54,877 nucleotides of DNA, from sequence record MW314854.1; one strand, 5' to 3'. This document shows, one piece after another, positions 1 through 11,460 of the stretch (positions are counted from its first letter, which is position 1; each line of letters opens with the position of its first letter). The notes under the pieces are model-generated. The model did not search any database, was not told the origin of the DNA, and was given only the letters and a program-made list of their open reading frames with translations. The stretch comes from Mycobacterium phage phiGD24-3. Both the position numbers and the translations under genes were made by a program.

Positions 1-340
1 TCCGGAGGAGCCATCGTGTACGGGTTTAGAAGTCGAACACCCATTCGGGTGGTATGTAAACCCCCAGGTCGATCATAAAACGGTAGTGAAATAGGTAACA
101 ATTCAGTAACGGAGGCCCATTTACGGCACAGGGTGCGGGTATTTAACCTATGAGAGGGTAAGAGAAGAAAATCTTCTCTTTATATAGGACGAGGCGAAGC
201 CGAGTCCCCGGCTTCTTCTCGTCGGTTCGGCCTTCGGCCTCACGGTATACCAACGTAATGTAGTTACCTAACGTAACGGAATTACGGTTGGTGGGCCGTG
301 ACCGGCCCCTAAAGGCCGGGTCGCGGACCCGGAGTCCGAA

Positions 341-470
341 GGACGCATGAGATGCGTCCGAGGTCGGTCTCCGGAGCCCTTTCGGGGGCTCCGTCGACAC
401 CGGTCCTCACTCCGTTCGTCGTTCGTTCGGTACTTCGTACCTCACTCACTCCTCACTACGTTCGGAGGGC
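341..470. repeat. cos-proximal structured region: two perfect 8-bp-stem hairpins (341-359, 372-393) followed by short direct repeats (CGTTCG x3, CCTCACT x3)
   Basis: GGACGCAT-gag-ATGCGTCC and CGGAGCCC-tttcgg-GGGCTCCG read directly; repeats at 395-470. Confidence 0.6.
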
Positions 471-472
471 GG

Positions 473-604
473 ATGCTCAAGATCAACTACCACAAGACCA
501 CTCACGGGAACTTCCGTAAGGCGATCGACTACGCAGACGATCGTGGTAGGCAAAATGAGCGGCTGCATGCGCTCAGGATCTTCGGCATCCTCATCCTCTG
601 GTGA
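473..604 (+). CDS. hypothetical small basic protein (43 aa)
   Basis: ATG after GGAGGG; TGA overlaps the GTG of the next gene (GTGA). Confidence 0.3.
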   Translation: MLKINYHKTTHGNFRKAIDYADDRGRQNERLHALRIFGILILW

Positions 605-900
605 GTGGTTCGTGGTCTGGTTCGTATCGGAACCTTCGGCTGCCACCCAACTGGGGTGAGATCAGACGTCGAATCCTCGACAGAGACAACCACCTCTGCC
701 AGATCGAGTCCTTCGGCTGCTTAAGGGCAGCCTCGGACGTCGACCACATCGTTCGTGGTGACGATCACTCGGACGAGAACCTTAGGGCTGCATGCAGTAA
801 GTGCCACGCCCGCAAGTCGAGCGCGGAAGGTAACGACCGCCAACGACAACTCAGAGCCCTACGCAAGCGTCCCCCCGAACGTCACCCAGGGCAGCGATAA
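601..900 (+). CDS. HNH endonuclease
   Basis: Cys pairs and 'DHIV...H...N' HNH-like motifs; lies next to the terminase genes. Confidence 0.7.
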   Translation: MSGSWSGSYRNLRLPPNWGEIRRRILDRDNHLCQIESFGCLRAASDVDHIVRGDDHSDENLRAACSKCHARKSSAEGNDRQRQLRALRKRPPERHPGQR

Positions 901-939
901 ACGACGGCCAGGAGCCGTCTGACGGCCCAGGAGGCTACC

Positions 940-1419
940 TTGGCAGGATCACGCGGTCCTATACCCAAACGGGACGACGAGAGGGTCCGTAGAAACAAAC
1001 CGGACGTGCCGACCGAGAAGGTTTCGGCTATCGGAGTCGTACCCGTACCAGACCTTTCGATAGGTATCGAAGACCCAGACCCCTTCGTAGTCGCCTTCTA
1101 TGAGTCGATTCGACAGTCGGCTCAGTCGCGATTCTACGAACCCTCCGACTGGTTCACCGTGATCCTCATGCTTCGTGCGTTGAACGAGGAACTGAACGCG
1201 GTCTATGTCAAGGGTGATATGGCCGGTGAGAAGCGGCCTATCGGTGTGATGAAGCTACAAGTTCTGAACCAGATGATGTCCAGCCTCCTGATCACCGAAG
1301 GAGACCGCCGCCGCGTTCGGATGGAGATCGAACGAAACGCTGGCCCTACCGCTGAAGGCGGGAAGGTTCTGACGATGGCCGACCACTTCAAACAAGCGCT
1401 CGGCGCAACGAACACCTGA
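940..1419 (+). CDS. putative terminase small subunit (P27-like)
   Basis: TTG start after CCAGGAGG; N-terminal 'GSRGPIPKRDDER' resembles the P27-family motif; sits between HNH and virion genes. Confidence 0.45.
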   Translation: MAGSRGPIPKRDDERVRRNKPDVPTEKVSAIGVVPVPDLSIGIEDPDPFVVAFYESIRQSAQSRFYEPSDWFTVILMLRALNEELNAVYVKGDMAGEKRPIGVMKLQVLNQMMSSLLITEGDRRRVRMEIERNAGPTAEGGKVLTMADHFKQALGATNT

Positions 1420-1507
1420 TCCACCGGGGGAGCGTCAGTCTCGGCCTCCTCTCGCCGCGAGCCCCGCTACCGGCTCCGCTCCCCCGGAACAACTTTCAAG
1501 GAGATCC

Positions 1508-2478
1508 ATGTCCGATATCGGGCTACGGCCAGAAGGCAGCACGCTAGTCCTTTGGAAGGGCAGGGATTTCGCCTGGAATTTCGAGCTGGTGGACGAGAAC
1601 AAGCAACCGGTCGACTATCCAGCCGGTCAAATGTACTTCGAACTCCAGACCGGAGGCGAGCACAACGCCCTCCAGAAGGTCACCGTAACCGGGGCCAACG
1701 GCGGTACGTACAAGCTCGGTTTCGGCGGTCAGTGGACCGCCCCTATCGACTACAACGACGTCGTAGAGAACCCCCAGAACCTCTCTGGCGACATCACCGA
1801 CGCGCTGGAGGCCCTACCTACCCTCGGGGCTGGAAACGTCTTTGTACAGCCTTCCAGCCTGTATCCCACGTGGGAACTAGATCTCAACGTCAACGCCGGT
1901 CACGTGCTGACCGAGCAGTTGGTGAACACCGTAAACGCCACACTCAACGGGTTTTTCGGCACCTTCGAGGATCTGTTGGGCGTCGATATCGACTTCACGA
2001 TCCACGACAACCTGAACTTGGTTCTGAAGATCACCTCTACCAAGTCGTTTGACGAGGTCGGGTTGATCACGTTCGCCGTCGACGTGACATCCACGATGAT
2101 CGTCAACCTTTTCAACTCGGTGTCTTCCCTCATCGGCGTGTTCGACATCGCGCATCTGGACTTCTACTGGACCCACACGTACCAGGTGATGTTCATCGGT
2201 GCCCTCGGAAACGACGTGCAACCCGCTCTGGCGGTTGATGACTCGGGTCTGACAGGCGTGAACGGCTACGAGAGCGTCAAGGTCGACATCGTCAAGCCCG
2301 GAAAGCACCCGTTAACGATCTGGAATTTCGAGCTTGAAGGCTCGATGGCCCACATCAAGGTCGAATCGGAAGAGACCGACAAGATCGCGGACCGTTGCTT
2401 GTGGCAGCTGGTCTTTCTGCCTGACGGCGAGCCCGCTGGCGGCGAAGGTATAGACGCCGGAAGGGTTTCACGAGTCGG

Positions 2479-2482
<4 letters not shown>
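1508..2482 (+). CDS. virion structural protein carrying the shared ~50-aa 'G-x-[YW]-K-L...ALEALP..G.GNV' module
   Basis: RBS AAGGAG; module also present in capsid, major tail and a minor tail protein. Confidence 0.7.
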
Positions 2483-4475
<1,993 letters not shown>

Positions 4476-4489
4476 ACAAAGGATTATAG

Positions 4490-5047
4490 ATGGGCGTTAT
4501 CGGCGAACCACACAATTACCGGGAACGCCTACTCTCTATCCCCGGAGCACCGGGCATCACCGGACCTGCCGGACCAGTGGGACCACTTGGCCCCAAAGGA
4601 GATACCGGACCGGCTGGACCCACGGGGCCAACTGGCCCGGCTGGACCCAAGGGTGACGGACTCACACTAGACGGCACCGCAGACGATTTCGAATCACTTC
4701 CTACTGCCAGCTCCCACACGAACGAGATGTGGGGCGTCACCGACACCGGGCAGTTCTACGTGTCCAACGGGACCACTTGGTTTGAGGTTGAAGTCAAAGG
4801 ACCCCAAGGCGATGTCGGACCCGCTGGACCCAAGGGGGACAAGGGAGATACCGGGCTCACGGGACCTGCGGGACCAACAGGACCCGCTGGAGCGAGTGCC
4901 TGGGGGGACATTACAGGCAAGCCTGCCGTCGTCGTAGGGGCTAACAACAGCGGCGCGGTATCACTCACGCTGTGGGCTGGTACCGAGGCCGAGTACGCAG
5001 CCATCGAAACGAAAGACCCTCTGACGGTTTACGTAAGGACACCGTAG
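4490..5047 (+). CDS. minor tail protein, collagen-like
   Basis: RBS AAAGGA; GXY repeats. Confidence 0.8.
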   Translation: MGVIGEPHNYRERLLSIPGAPGITGPAGPVGPLGPKGDTGPAGPTGPTGPAGPKGDGLTLDGTADDFESLPTASSHTNEMWGVTDTGQFYVSNGTTWFEVEVKGPQGDVGPAGPKGDKGDTGLTGPAGPTGPAGASAWGDITGKPAVVVGANNSGAVSLTLWAGTEAEYAAIETKDPLTVYVRTP

Positions 5048-7323
5048 TGGTGGGTATCTCTGTCGGAGCATCGGATATTTCCAAGCTCGCCGCCGGGGAG
5101 ACGGAAGCCACCAAGGTAAGCCTCGGCCCTATAGACGTATGGACCGCGTTCACCCCCGTCATCGAAAACAACGTCGCCAGAACCAACTACCCGGTCCCCT
5201 ACGGGGCTACCGGCGCGTGGGTAACGCTCCAAGCCGCTGGCGGTGCGGGTGGTGAAGGCGCTACGGGTCTTTGGACCGCCAACTCAGGAGGCGGTGGTGG
5301 AGGCCGCATAGAGCGGACCTGGGTCCCTGTCTCCGAGATGGGCGCGACCTACAGCGTCGTCCAAGGTAAAGGCGGCAAGGGAGACGGAGGCGACTCCGTA
5401 TTCTCCAGCGGCGGAGTGAATCTGACCGCCAAAGGCGGTAAGAAAGGCTCCTCGGGAGCGACCACAGTCGGTTCCAGCCCGTTCACGATACCCGGCGGAG
5501 CAGGCGGCACGTACTCAGTTACCGGTATGTCCGGGGTGCGCGTGTACCCCGGCTCCCCTGGTGGCGATGCGACTAACACAGTAACTAATCCCGGTGCCAC
5601 CAACGCCAATAACGCAGGCGCGGGCGGCGGCGCGGGAGGTCCTTACAGTTCGGACACCGGACAAACCCCCGGCGGAGCAGGCGGAAGTTCAACCACCGTC
5701 ACGGGTGGTGCGGGCGGTACAGATTCGGTAAAGCCTGGCGTCAAACCCGACAACGCCACAATCCCCAACGGCGGTGCTGGTGGTGGCGGCGGCGCAGGCG
5801 CTTGGTTCGCGGCTGGTGGAACCGGCGGCGATGGAGGCCGCTTTGGTGGCGGTGGCGGTGGAGCAGGGTGTGGCAACACAGTCGCCACAGCGGGTAAAGG
5901 TGGTGACGGATTCACTCGCATCGAGTGGACCGCCGAAAGCATCGAGTATCGACGGGTATTCGTCGCGGTAACCGAGGTCAACCAGACTTCCATCAAGGTT
6001 CAGGTCAACGGGCTTCCGCCCGACGCCGGAACTGTTACCGGATACAACTTCTACAAAAACGGCGTCAAGGTCACGCCGTCACCCCAGTCCCCCCCCGAGT
6101 ACACATTCGGCGGGCTGGACCCGAACTCGACGTACACACTCACCGCTACAGCGGTTTCTAGCGGCTCAGAATCATCTCCGTATGACCCAGCTGTCGTAAG
6201 AACACTCGCTGACGGCGCGTTGTCGTTGGAGGATCGTACAGCGATCGACAACATCGTGGCGCAGTGCATGGCTGAAGACGGCCAGCCCGGCGTGATGATC
6301 TCGATTACCGGACCCAAAGGCAGCTACACCAAAGCGTACGGGGTGTCCCCGGCGTCACCGGGCATCACTTCGTATCCGTTGTCGCTCAACCACCACTTCC
6401 GTATCGGCAGCTTGACCAAATCGTTTACCGGAACAGCGATCCTGATGCAGGTAGACAAAGGCATCTTGTCTCTGGACGACACTCTGGAGAAGTGGATACC
6501 GGGCCTGCCTGACGGCAAGAACATCAAGATCCGCCACCTACTCGGTATGCGCGACGGGTTGTTCGAGTTCCAGGCCGGAAACATCGGGTTGTTCCCGTAT
6601 GGCGTGTTCATGCTGTTGTTCCCGACCTTCCCGGTCACGGTGGACACTCAGATGAACATCATCAAAGGCCACGCGGTTACTTGGCCCGCTGGAACGAACT
6701 TCGCGTACCACAACTCGGGAATGATCGTGTTAGGTCAGATCCTCGAAGCCGCCACCGGTCGACGGTGTAGAGACATCTTCAAGGAAGACATCTGGATTCC
6801 GTTAGGGCTGACCGAGACGTCTTGGCCAGATAGCCCGAACATGCCGGAACCCTACAGTCGTGGACTTGGTCCGGGCATCTTCGGTTTACAAGACTGGACG
6901 GTAGTCAACCCCGAGTATGTCGGGTCCGCAGGCGCTTTGGTGTCGACCATCGACAACATACAGCGCTGGGGTCAGGCGATGCGCGACGGATGGGGTATAA
7001 GCCCCGAGATGCACGCGTTCCGCGAGAACATCGCCGTGTACTCGTCGGACGTATGGCCGTACGAAGGTCCGTCTTACTACGGTTACGGCCCTGCGTATTT
7101 CAACATCGCAAACTGGTTCGGTCACGCCGGATCTGTGTCGGGATACAACTGCACGTGCTACTACGAGCCGGTATCCGGCGCGGTGTTCGCAGGTATGGAG
7201 AACGTCCAATCAAACGGCGTGGCAATCGAATCGAAGATCCAGATCCGCATCTGTGAGTACCTATACCCAGGTACCACGACCGTGGAGCAACCCTTCGATC
7301 CGGCTCTGAGACACCACGAATAA
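5047..7323 (+). CDS. minor tail protein with Gly-rich region, FN3-like domain and C-terminal serine beta-lactamase/DD-peptidase-like (S12) domain
   Basis: GTG overlapping the upstream TAG; SLTK (SxxK), YHN and HAG motifs in the C-terminal 350 aa. Confidence 0.8.
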   Translation: MVGISVGASDISKLAAGETEATKVSLGPIDVWTAFTPVIENNVARTNYPVPYGATGAWVTLQAAGGAGGEGATGLWTANSGGGGGGRIERTWVPVSEMGATYSVVQGKGGKGDGGDSVFSSGGVNLTAKGGKKGSSGATTVGSSPFTIPGGAGGTYSVTGMSGVRVYPGSPGGDATNTVTNPGATNANNAGAGGGAGGPYSSDTGQTPGGAGGSSTTVTGGAGGTDSVKPGVKPDNATIPNGGAGGGGGAGAWFAAGGTGGDGGRFGGGGGGAGCGNTVATAGKGGDGFTRIEWTAESIEYRRVFVAVTEVNQTSIKVQVNGLPPDAGTVTGYNFYKNGVKVTPSPQSPPEYTFGGLDPNSTYTLTATAVSSGSESSPYDPAVVRTLADGALSLEDRTAIDNIVAQCMAEDGQPGVMISITGPKGSYTKAYGVSPASPGITSYPLSLNHHFRIGSLTKSFTGTAILMQVDKGILSLDDTLEKWIPGLPDGKNIKIRHLLGMRDGLFEFQAGNIGLFPYGVFMLLFPTFPVTVDTQMNIIKGHAVTWPAGTNFAYHNSGMIVLGQILEAATGRRCRDIFKEDIWIPLGLTETSWPDSPNMPEPYSRGLGPGIFGLQDWTVVNPEYVGSAGALVSTIDNIQRWGQAMRDGWGISPEMHAFRENIAVYSSDVWPYEGPSYYGYGPAYFNIANWFGHAGSVSGYNCTCYYEPVSGAVFAGMENVQSNGVAIESKIQIRICEYLYPGTTTVEQPFDPALRHHE

Positions 7324-7400
7324 CTGAATACACCAGAAGTCCCCGCGAACCGCCTCTCTGGCCTCGGAGCCATGACGCGGGCGGGGTTCTCTGGAGAGCT

Positions 7401-7425
7401 GGAAGGTATGCCCCCGGCTGGGGCA
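7401..7425 (+). repeat. duplicated 5' fragment (acceptor + D-arm) of the tRNA-Ser-like gene, fused upstream of tRNA 1
   Basis: GGAAGGTATGCCCCCGGCTGGGGCA is near-identical to 7655-7679. Confidence 0.6.
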
Positions 7426-7427
7426 CT

Positions 7428-7499
7428 TGGGACCTAGCTTAGTTGGTAGAGCGCCCGCCTGAAAAGCGGGAGGCCCTGGTTCGAGTCCAGGGGTCGCAG
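7428..7499 (+). tRNA. tRNA-like, anticodon GAA (Phe); G3·G70 mismatch in acceptor stem
   Basis: manual cloverleaf: D-arm GCTT/GAGC, anticodon loop CTGAAAA, T-arm CCTGG-TTCGAGT-CCAGG. Confidence 0.5.
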
Positions 7500-7654
7500 C
7501 AGGAGATGCAACCCTTACCGGGGAATGCTGCATCATCGCGTGGGTGCCGGTAACACCGCGACGCGACGGAATGCTGGACCTGCATACCCGGCCTCACAGG
7601 TGACGGGGTGTAGCTATCCATCGCCTCTCGGTTGGGTCCGTTAAGCCCGCCTCT

Positions 7655-7739
7655 GGAAGGTATGCCCTCGGCTGGGGCAACCGGTCTTGAAAACCGGCAC
7701 ACAGTAACCATTCTGGGGGTTCGACACCTCTACCTTCCG
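7655..7739 (+). tRNA. class II tRNA-like, anticodon UGA (Ser) with 17-nt variable arm; A at position 8
   Basis: acceptor GGAAGGT/ACCTTCC perfect; anticodon stem CCGGT/ACCGG, loop CTTGAAA; T-loop TTCGACA. Confidence 0.45.
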
Positions 7740-7888
7740 CTCGTGGGATCTCCAGTCACCCTGACATTGAGATCATCTGTCCCAGCACCAAACGACTGAC
7801 GAAGCCCTGTGATGGGTAGAAACACCCTCCAGGTGTCTCGTGGAGTCCGCACCGCTGGGGAATAACTGCGGACCTAGGGGTGACAACT

Positions 7889-7961
7889 GTCGACGTAGCT
7901 CAATTGGTAGAGCAGCGGTCTCCAAAACCGCAAGATGCAGGTTCGAGTCCTGTCGGGTCAG
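7889..7961 (+). tRNA. tRNA-Trp(CCA)-like with non-pairing acceptor stem (possible pseudo-tRNA)
   Basis: D-, anticodon- (loop CTCCAAA) and T-arms perfect, but 5' GTCGACG does not pair with 3' CGGGTCA. Confidence 0.4.
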
Positions 7962-8058
7962 CATGGATCAAGCAGGTTCTATGTCTGTGGCCGTCCCGAT
8001 GGTCTGTGGCCCTCGGGGACGCAGGGGTCCAAACCCTCGTCACTTGCTTGATCACCAA

Positions 8059-8134
8059 TGGAACATAGCTCAGCTGGTAGAGCACCCGTCTGAAAAGCGG
8101 GAAGTCCCTGGTTCGACCCCAGGTGTTCCAGCCA
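8059..8134 (+). tRNA. tRNA, anticodon GAA (Phe), encoded CCA
   Basis: perfect cloverleaf: TGGAACA/TGTTCCA acceptor, loop CTGAAAA, T-arm CCTGG-TTCGACC-CCAGG, GCCA 3' end. Confidence 0.8.
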
Positions 8135-8285
8135 TGCGGGCGGTCCCCTATCAGAGGGGAGCCCCCGCGCCAACCCCAAGGGAACGTGTCGACCCGCCAG
8201 CCGACGGCTCGCCAGTCGAGCGGGTGTGGGTGGACTTTGCGACAGCGCGCCCACACCCCCTTCGGGGATACCACGAGAGGAAAAC

Positions 8286-8540
8286 ATGAATTACCTTATG
8301 TCGCTGTTCGTTACAGCTCTGTTCGACTACATAAAGAAGCACCCCGAATTAGTAGAAGACTTCGCCAAGAAGGTCTCCGGGTATGTCATCGCGGAGATTC
8401 CTTCGGCGGTAGACGCGTTCACGGACTGGGTGCCGGGACAGCTGGACGACAAGATCTTCGACACCCTGGCAGCACGATTCGCCAAAGCCCTTCAGAAGGC
8501 CCTCCCCGGATTCGACCTGATTTTCAAGTTCCTGAAGTAG
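8286..8540 (+). CDS. hypothetical protein (84 aa) upstream of lysin A
   Basis: ATG after GAGAGGA; not obviously a holin (no clear transmembrane pair). Confidence 0.55.
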   Translation: MNYLMSLFVTALFDYIKKHPELVEDFAKKVSGYVIAEIPSAVDAFTDWVPGQLDDKIFDTLAARFAKALQKALPGFDLIFKFLK

Positions 8541-8547
8541 GAGTCAC

Positions 8548-9993
8548 ATGGCACGCCGCACGGTCTACGGGTACGACTACAGCTCCAACGGCTGGCCGAT
8601 GGTCGACCAAGGTTCGTGTGAATGGGTCAACATCCCCGGTACAAGCTGCACCCTGCAAATCCAGAGTGGGCAACCGCTGGCGATACTTCGAGCGTTCGCA
8701 GCGGACTTGAACGCCTACGTCGAACCCATGCGAGACGCCGACTCGGCTTCTTGGACCGCTGCGAACTCCGTCGGCACGTCCAACCACCTAAGTGGTACCG
8801 CATTCGACTACAACTGGAACTCACACCCCTTCCAGGTCCCGAACGCGGGCTGGAATTCCGCCCAACTGGCGACCATCCGGGAGATCCAGGACTTCTACGA
8901 AGGCACCGTCTTCTTTGGCAATGACTGGTCAAACCCCAAAGACGCGATGCACTTCCAGCTAGCGAGCCTAGCCAACGGTGGGAACATCAACACCTACCAG
9001 AACCCACACACCGCAGACTTCATCGCCAGAAAGATACGGGCAGATGGCTTTTCTACTTTCCGGCGTGGATCTCAGAGTCCTACTTCGACTGCTGTCAACG
9101 TCCTTGCAGCGGCCACTGGTCTCAGCGTTGGTAGAGCTACTGAAATTCTCGGCCCGGTTCGTGAAGGGTTGCAAGCGGCTTCTTGCACGAACGTAAACCG
9201 TATCGCGATGTGGCTGGCGCAGATCGGCCACGAATCGGACGGCTTCAACGCCACCGAGGAGTACAAGAAGGACGGTCGCTACGCCCCGTACATCGGCAGG
9301 ACGTGGATTCAGATCACCTGGGACTACAACTACCGAGCCTTCTCAGAGTGGTGCTTCGACCGTGGCCTAGTCCCGTCCAGGGACTACTTCGTCGTGAACT
9401 ATCGCGAGCTAGCCGACCTGAAATGGGCCGGTATCGGCGCGTCCTGGTACTGGACCGAGCAGCGCCCCATGAACGACCTGGTCGACGCTGGCAACAACGC
9501 CGTTTGGAAGACCGACCTGGGAACCTTCCGGGGCTTCGAGGCCGTCACCGCCGCTATCAACGGCGGTACCAACGGTCTCACCGACCGCCGCGACCGGTAC
9601 AACCGCGCCCTTCTGCAAGGCGACGCGCTTCTACAACTACTTTCCGCCGAAGAGGACGACATGTTCACCGAAGAAGACCGGAACCTGCTTCGTCAGGTCG
9701 CAGAGATCAGACGTAAGTCGTTGAGCCCGCTCCGGTGGCCGTACGAGAAGGAAGTAAACACCTGCGCCGGGTTCGCCTGGACCGCAGACGGAAACGTGCA
9801 CGTGATGCTCGTGGAGAAGCTAGCCGTCGACTACGGCGATCCGCAGGCGGTCGCCCTCTTGCTGGCGGTGTCTGAAACGGACGAGCCCGGACGCGAGGCC
9901 GATTCCAAGCTGGCCAAGGCGATTCTTGACAAGGTAGACGAAGACGCATTCGCAGCCGCCACCAAGTGGCTGGACGAGCACAATGCCAATTAG
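8548..9993 (+). CDS. lysA: lysin A (M15-type peptidase + GH19-like + cell-wall-binding domains)
   Basis: 'SNHLSGTAFDYNW...DAMHFQ' peptidase motif; central lysozyme-like region; RBS AGGAG. Confidence 0.9.
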   Translation: MARRTVYGYDYSSNGWPMVDQGSCEWVNIPGTSCTLQIQSGQPLAILRAFAADLNAYVEPMRDADSASWTAANSVGTSNHLSGTAFDYNWNSHPFQVPNAGWNSAQLATIREIQDFYEGTVFFGNDWSNPKDAMHFQLASLANGGNINTYQNPHTADFIARKIRADGFSTFRRGSQSPTSTAVNVLAAATGLSVGRATEILGPVREGLQAASCTNVNRIAMWLAQIGHESDGFNATEEYKKDGRYAPYIGRTWIQITWDYNYRAFSEWCFDRGLVPSRDYFVVNYRELADLKWAGIGASWYWTEQRPMNDLVDAGNNAVWKTDLGTFRGFEAVTAAINGGTNGLTDRRDRYNRALLQGDALLQLLSAEEDDMFTEEDRNLLRQVAEIRRKSLSPLRWPYEKEVNTCAGFAWTADGNVHVMLVEKLAVDYGDPQAVALLLAVSETDEPGREADSKLAKAILDKVDEDAFAAATKWLDEHNAN

Positions 9994-10945
9994 CCTCGGG
10001 GACCGTAACGAAACGGTCCGTGAGTGGCGACGGGTAATGGTCAAGCGGTTCGCGGGGTACGCCCGTACGTGTGGCGAACTGCCCCAAGATACCGACGAAT
10101 ACGGCCCCAGAGCCCGTGCATGGCAGTGGGAATATGAACGCCGCACCGGGCAGCCTATCGACGGAATCGTGTCCGACGATGACCTTAGAGCCCTCGGAAT
10201 CGAGGTCGTAGAACTACCGTGGCTTTTCACAGTTCACGGAACGGGTCAGCCGGACCCGATGGGACCTGGCATACCGGCAGATGTAGCGCGCCAGGTTCTA
10301 GACCTATACCGGTGGCAGCCGATCGGAAACTACTCCGCGTCGGCGTTCCCGATGTGGCCTTCCATCATGCAGGCGTACAACGAGCTGGTATTCCAAATCA
10401 ACTCCAAGACCGGTGACTTCGTCTTGGTTGGGTACTCCCAAGGAGCCGCAGCAGTAGCCCTAGTACTCAAGCACGAGATCATGGACCCCAAGGGTTCTCT
10501 GCACCATCGCCTGAACGACCTCCAAAAGGTCGTCTTCTTCGGTAATCCGATGCGCCAGAAGGGTATCGCGCACTTCGATGAGTGGCTCTACGAGATCGCC
10601 CCACCGGAGTCGCACGGCATCGTGGCGTGGGACCTGTTGGAGGGTCTGGAAGACGCACCGTTCGAGGTTCGGGACTACGCACACCGTAAAGACATGTACG
10701 CGTGCAACTTCGACAACGACAAAGACGAGTACAAGCGTGCTATCTGCAAGATCGTCTTCAAGGCGACGGACTGGTTTGACGGCCCGGATTCGATTGTGCA
10801 TCAACTCATCGAGCTTGGCACACGTCCGTTACAAGAGGGGCTGGCTATGGCGCAAGCCATGATCGACGCCCTGACGTTCTTCTCGAACCTGAACCCGCAC
10901 AACTACAACTGGGAACCCGCCGTGAGGTTCTTGAGAGACATCTAA
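9983..10945 (+). CDS. lysB: lysin B (mycolylarabinogalactan esterase)
   Basis: GYSQG serine-esterase motif; overlaps the lysA stop. Confidence 0.9.
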   Translation: MPISLGDRNETVREWRRVMVKRFAGYARTCGELPQDTDEYGPRARAWQWEYERRTGQPIDGIVSDDDLRALGIEVVELPWLFTVHGTGQPDPMGPGIPADVARQVLDLYRWQPIGNYSASAFPMWPSIMQAYNELVFQINSKTGDFVLVGYSQGAAAVALVLKHEIMDPKGSLHHRLNDLQKVVFFGNPMRQKGIAHFDEWLYEIAPPESHGIVAWDLLEGLEDAPFEVRDYAHRKDMYACNFDNDKDEYKRAICKIVFKATDWFDGPDSIVHQLIELGTRPLQEGLAMAQAMIDALTFFSNLNPHNYNWEPAVRFLRDI

Positions 10946-10959
10946 AGGAGGGGTGAGGG

Positions 10960-11460
10960 GTGGAACGTACGTGCAAACAATGCTCCGTCCCTCTCCCACC
11001 CAGTAAACGGTCTAACGCTATCTACTGCGACCGCAAATGCAAATCCGCCTCATCCGAGAAGAGAAGGCCGCAAAGGGACCATGCCGCCAGGTACCTAAAG
11101 GAGCGGGAACGAAGACTCGCGTACGCCCTTGAGCCTCATCGCATGAGAGCCGCCGCACACAAACGCAGATCAAGGGTTAGAGGTGCCGAACACTTCGCCT
11201 TCACGAAACGTGATTGGGAACGGCTAGTGGCTAGGTATCGCAACTGCTGCGCCTACTGCGGCCAGCGGAAGCCACCCACCACAGAGCACGTAGTGCCTCT
11301 CTCAAGGGGAGGAAGGCACTCCGCCGGAAACATTGTCCCGGCTTGTTTTTCGTGCAACTCCTCGAAAAGAGACCGCTTCATCACGGAGTGGAAACTAAGC
11401 ATCCCCTCGCCGCACCACAGGAGGGACAGATGCGCTACCCAGGAGGCAACGGCGAGTTAG
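10960..11460 (+). CDS. HNH endonuclease
   Basis: 'HVVPLSRGG...NIVPAC..CNSSK' HNH motif; overlaps the terminase start. Confidence 0.8.
   Translation: MERTCKQCSVPLPPSKRSNAIYCDRKCKSASSEKRRPQRDHAARYLKERERRLAYALEPHRMRAAAHKRRSRVRGAEHFAFTKRDWERLVARYRNCCAYCGQRKPPTTEHVVPLSRGGRHSAGNIVPACFSCNSSKRDRFITEWKLSIPSPHHRRDRCATQEATAS

Noticed and set aside
143-400. 85-aa minus-strand ORF in the cos-proximal region
   Set aside because: Overlaps the hairpin/repeat region, has no RBS and is on the opposite strand to all left-arm genes; likely spurious.
1552-2052. Arg-rich alternative-frame ORFs inside real genes (also 8123-8710, 9183-9716, 13285-13626, 25205-25774, 32394-33386)
   Set aside because: Extreme Arg/Pro composition typical of off-frame translation of GC-rich coding DNA; they overlap well-supported genes.
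8059-8134. Re-reading the GAA-anticodon tRNAs as tRNA-Gln (U1-A72, Gln-like T-arm)
   Set aside because: Anticodon loop register CTGAAAA places GAA at 34-36 unambiguously; a CUG/UUG reading requires a non-canonical loop.
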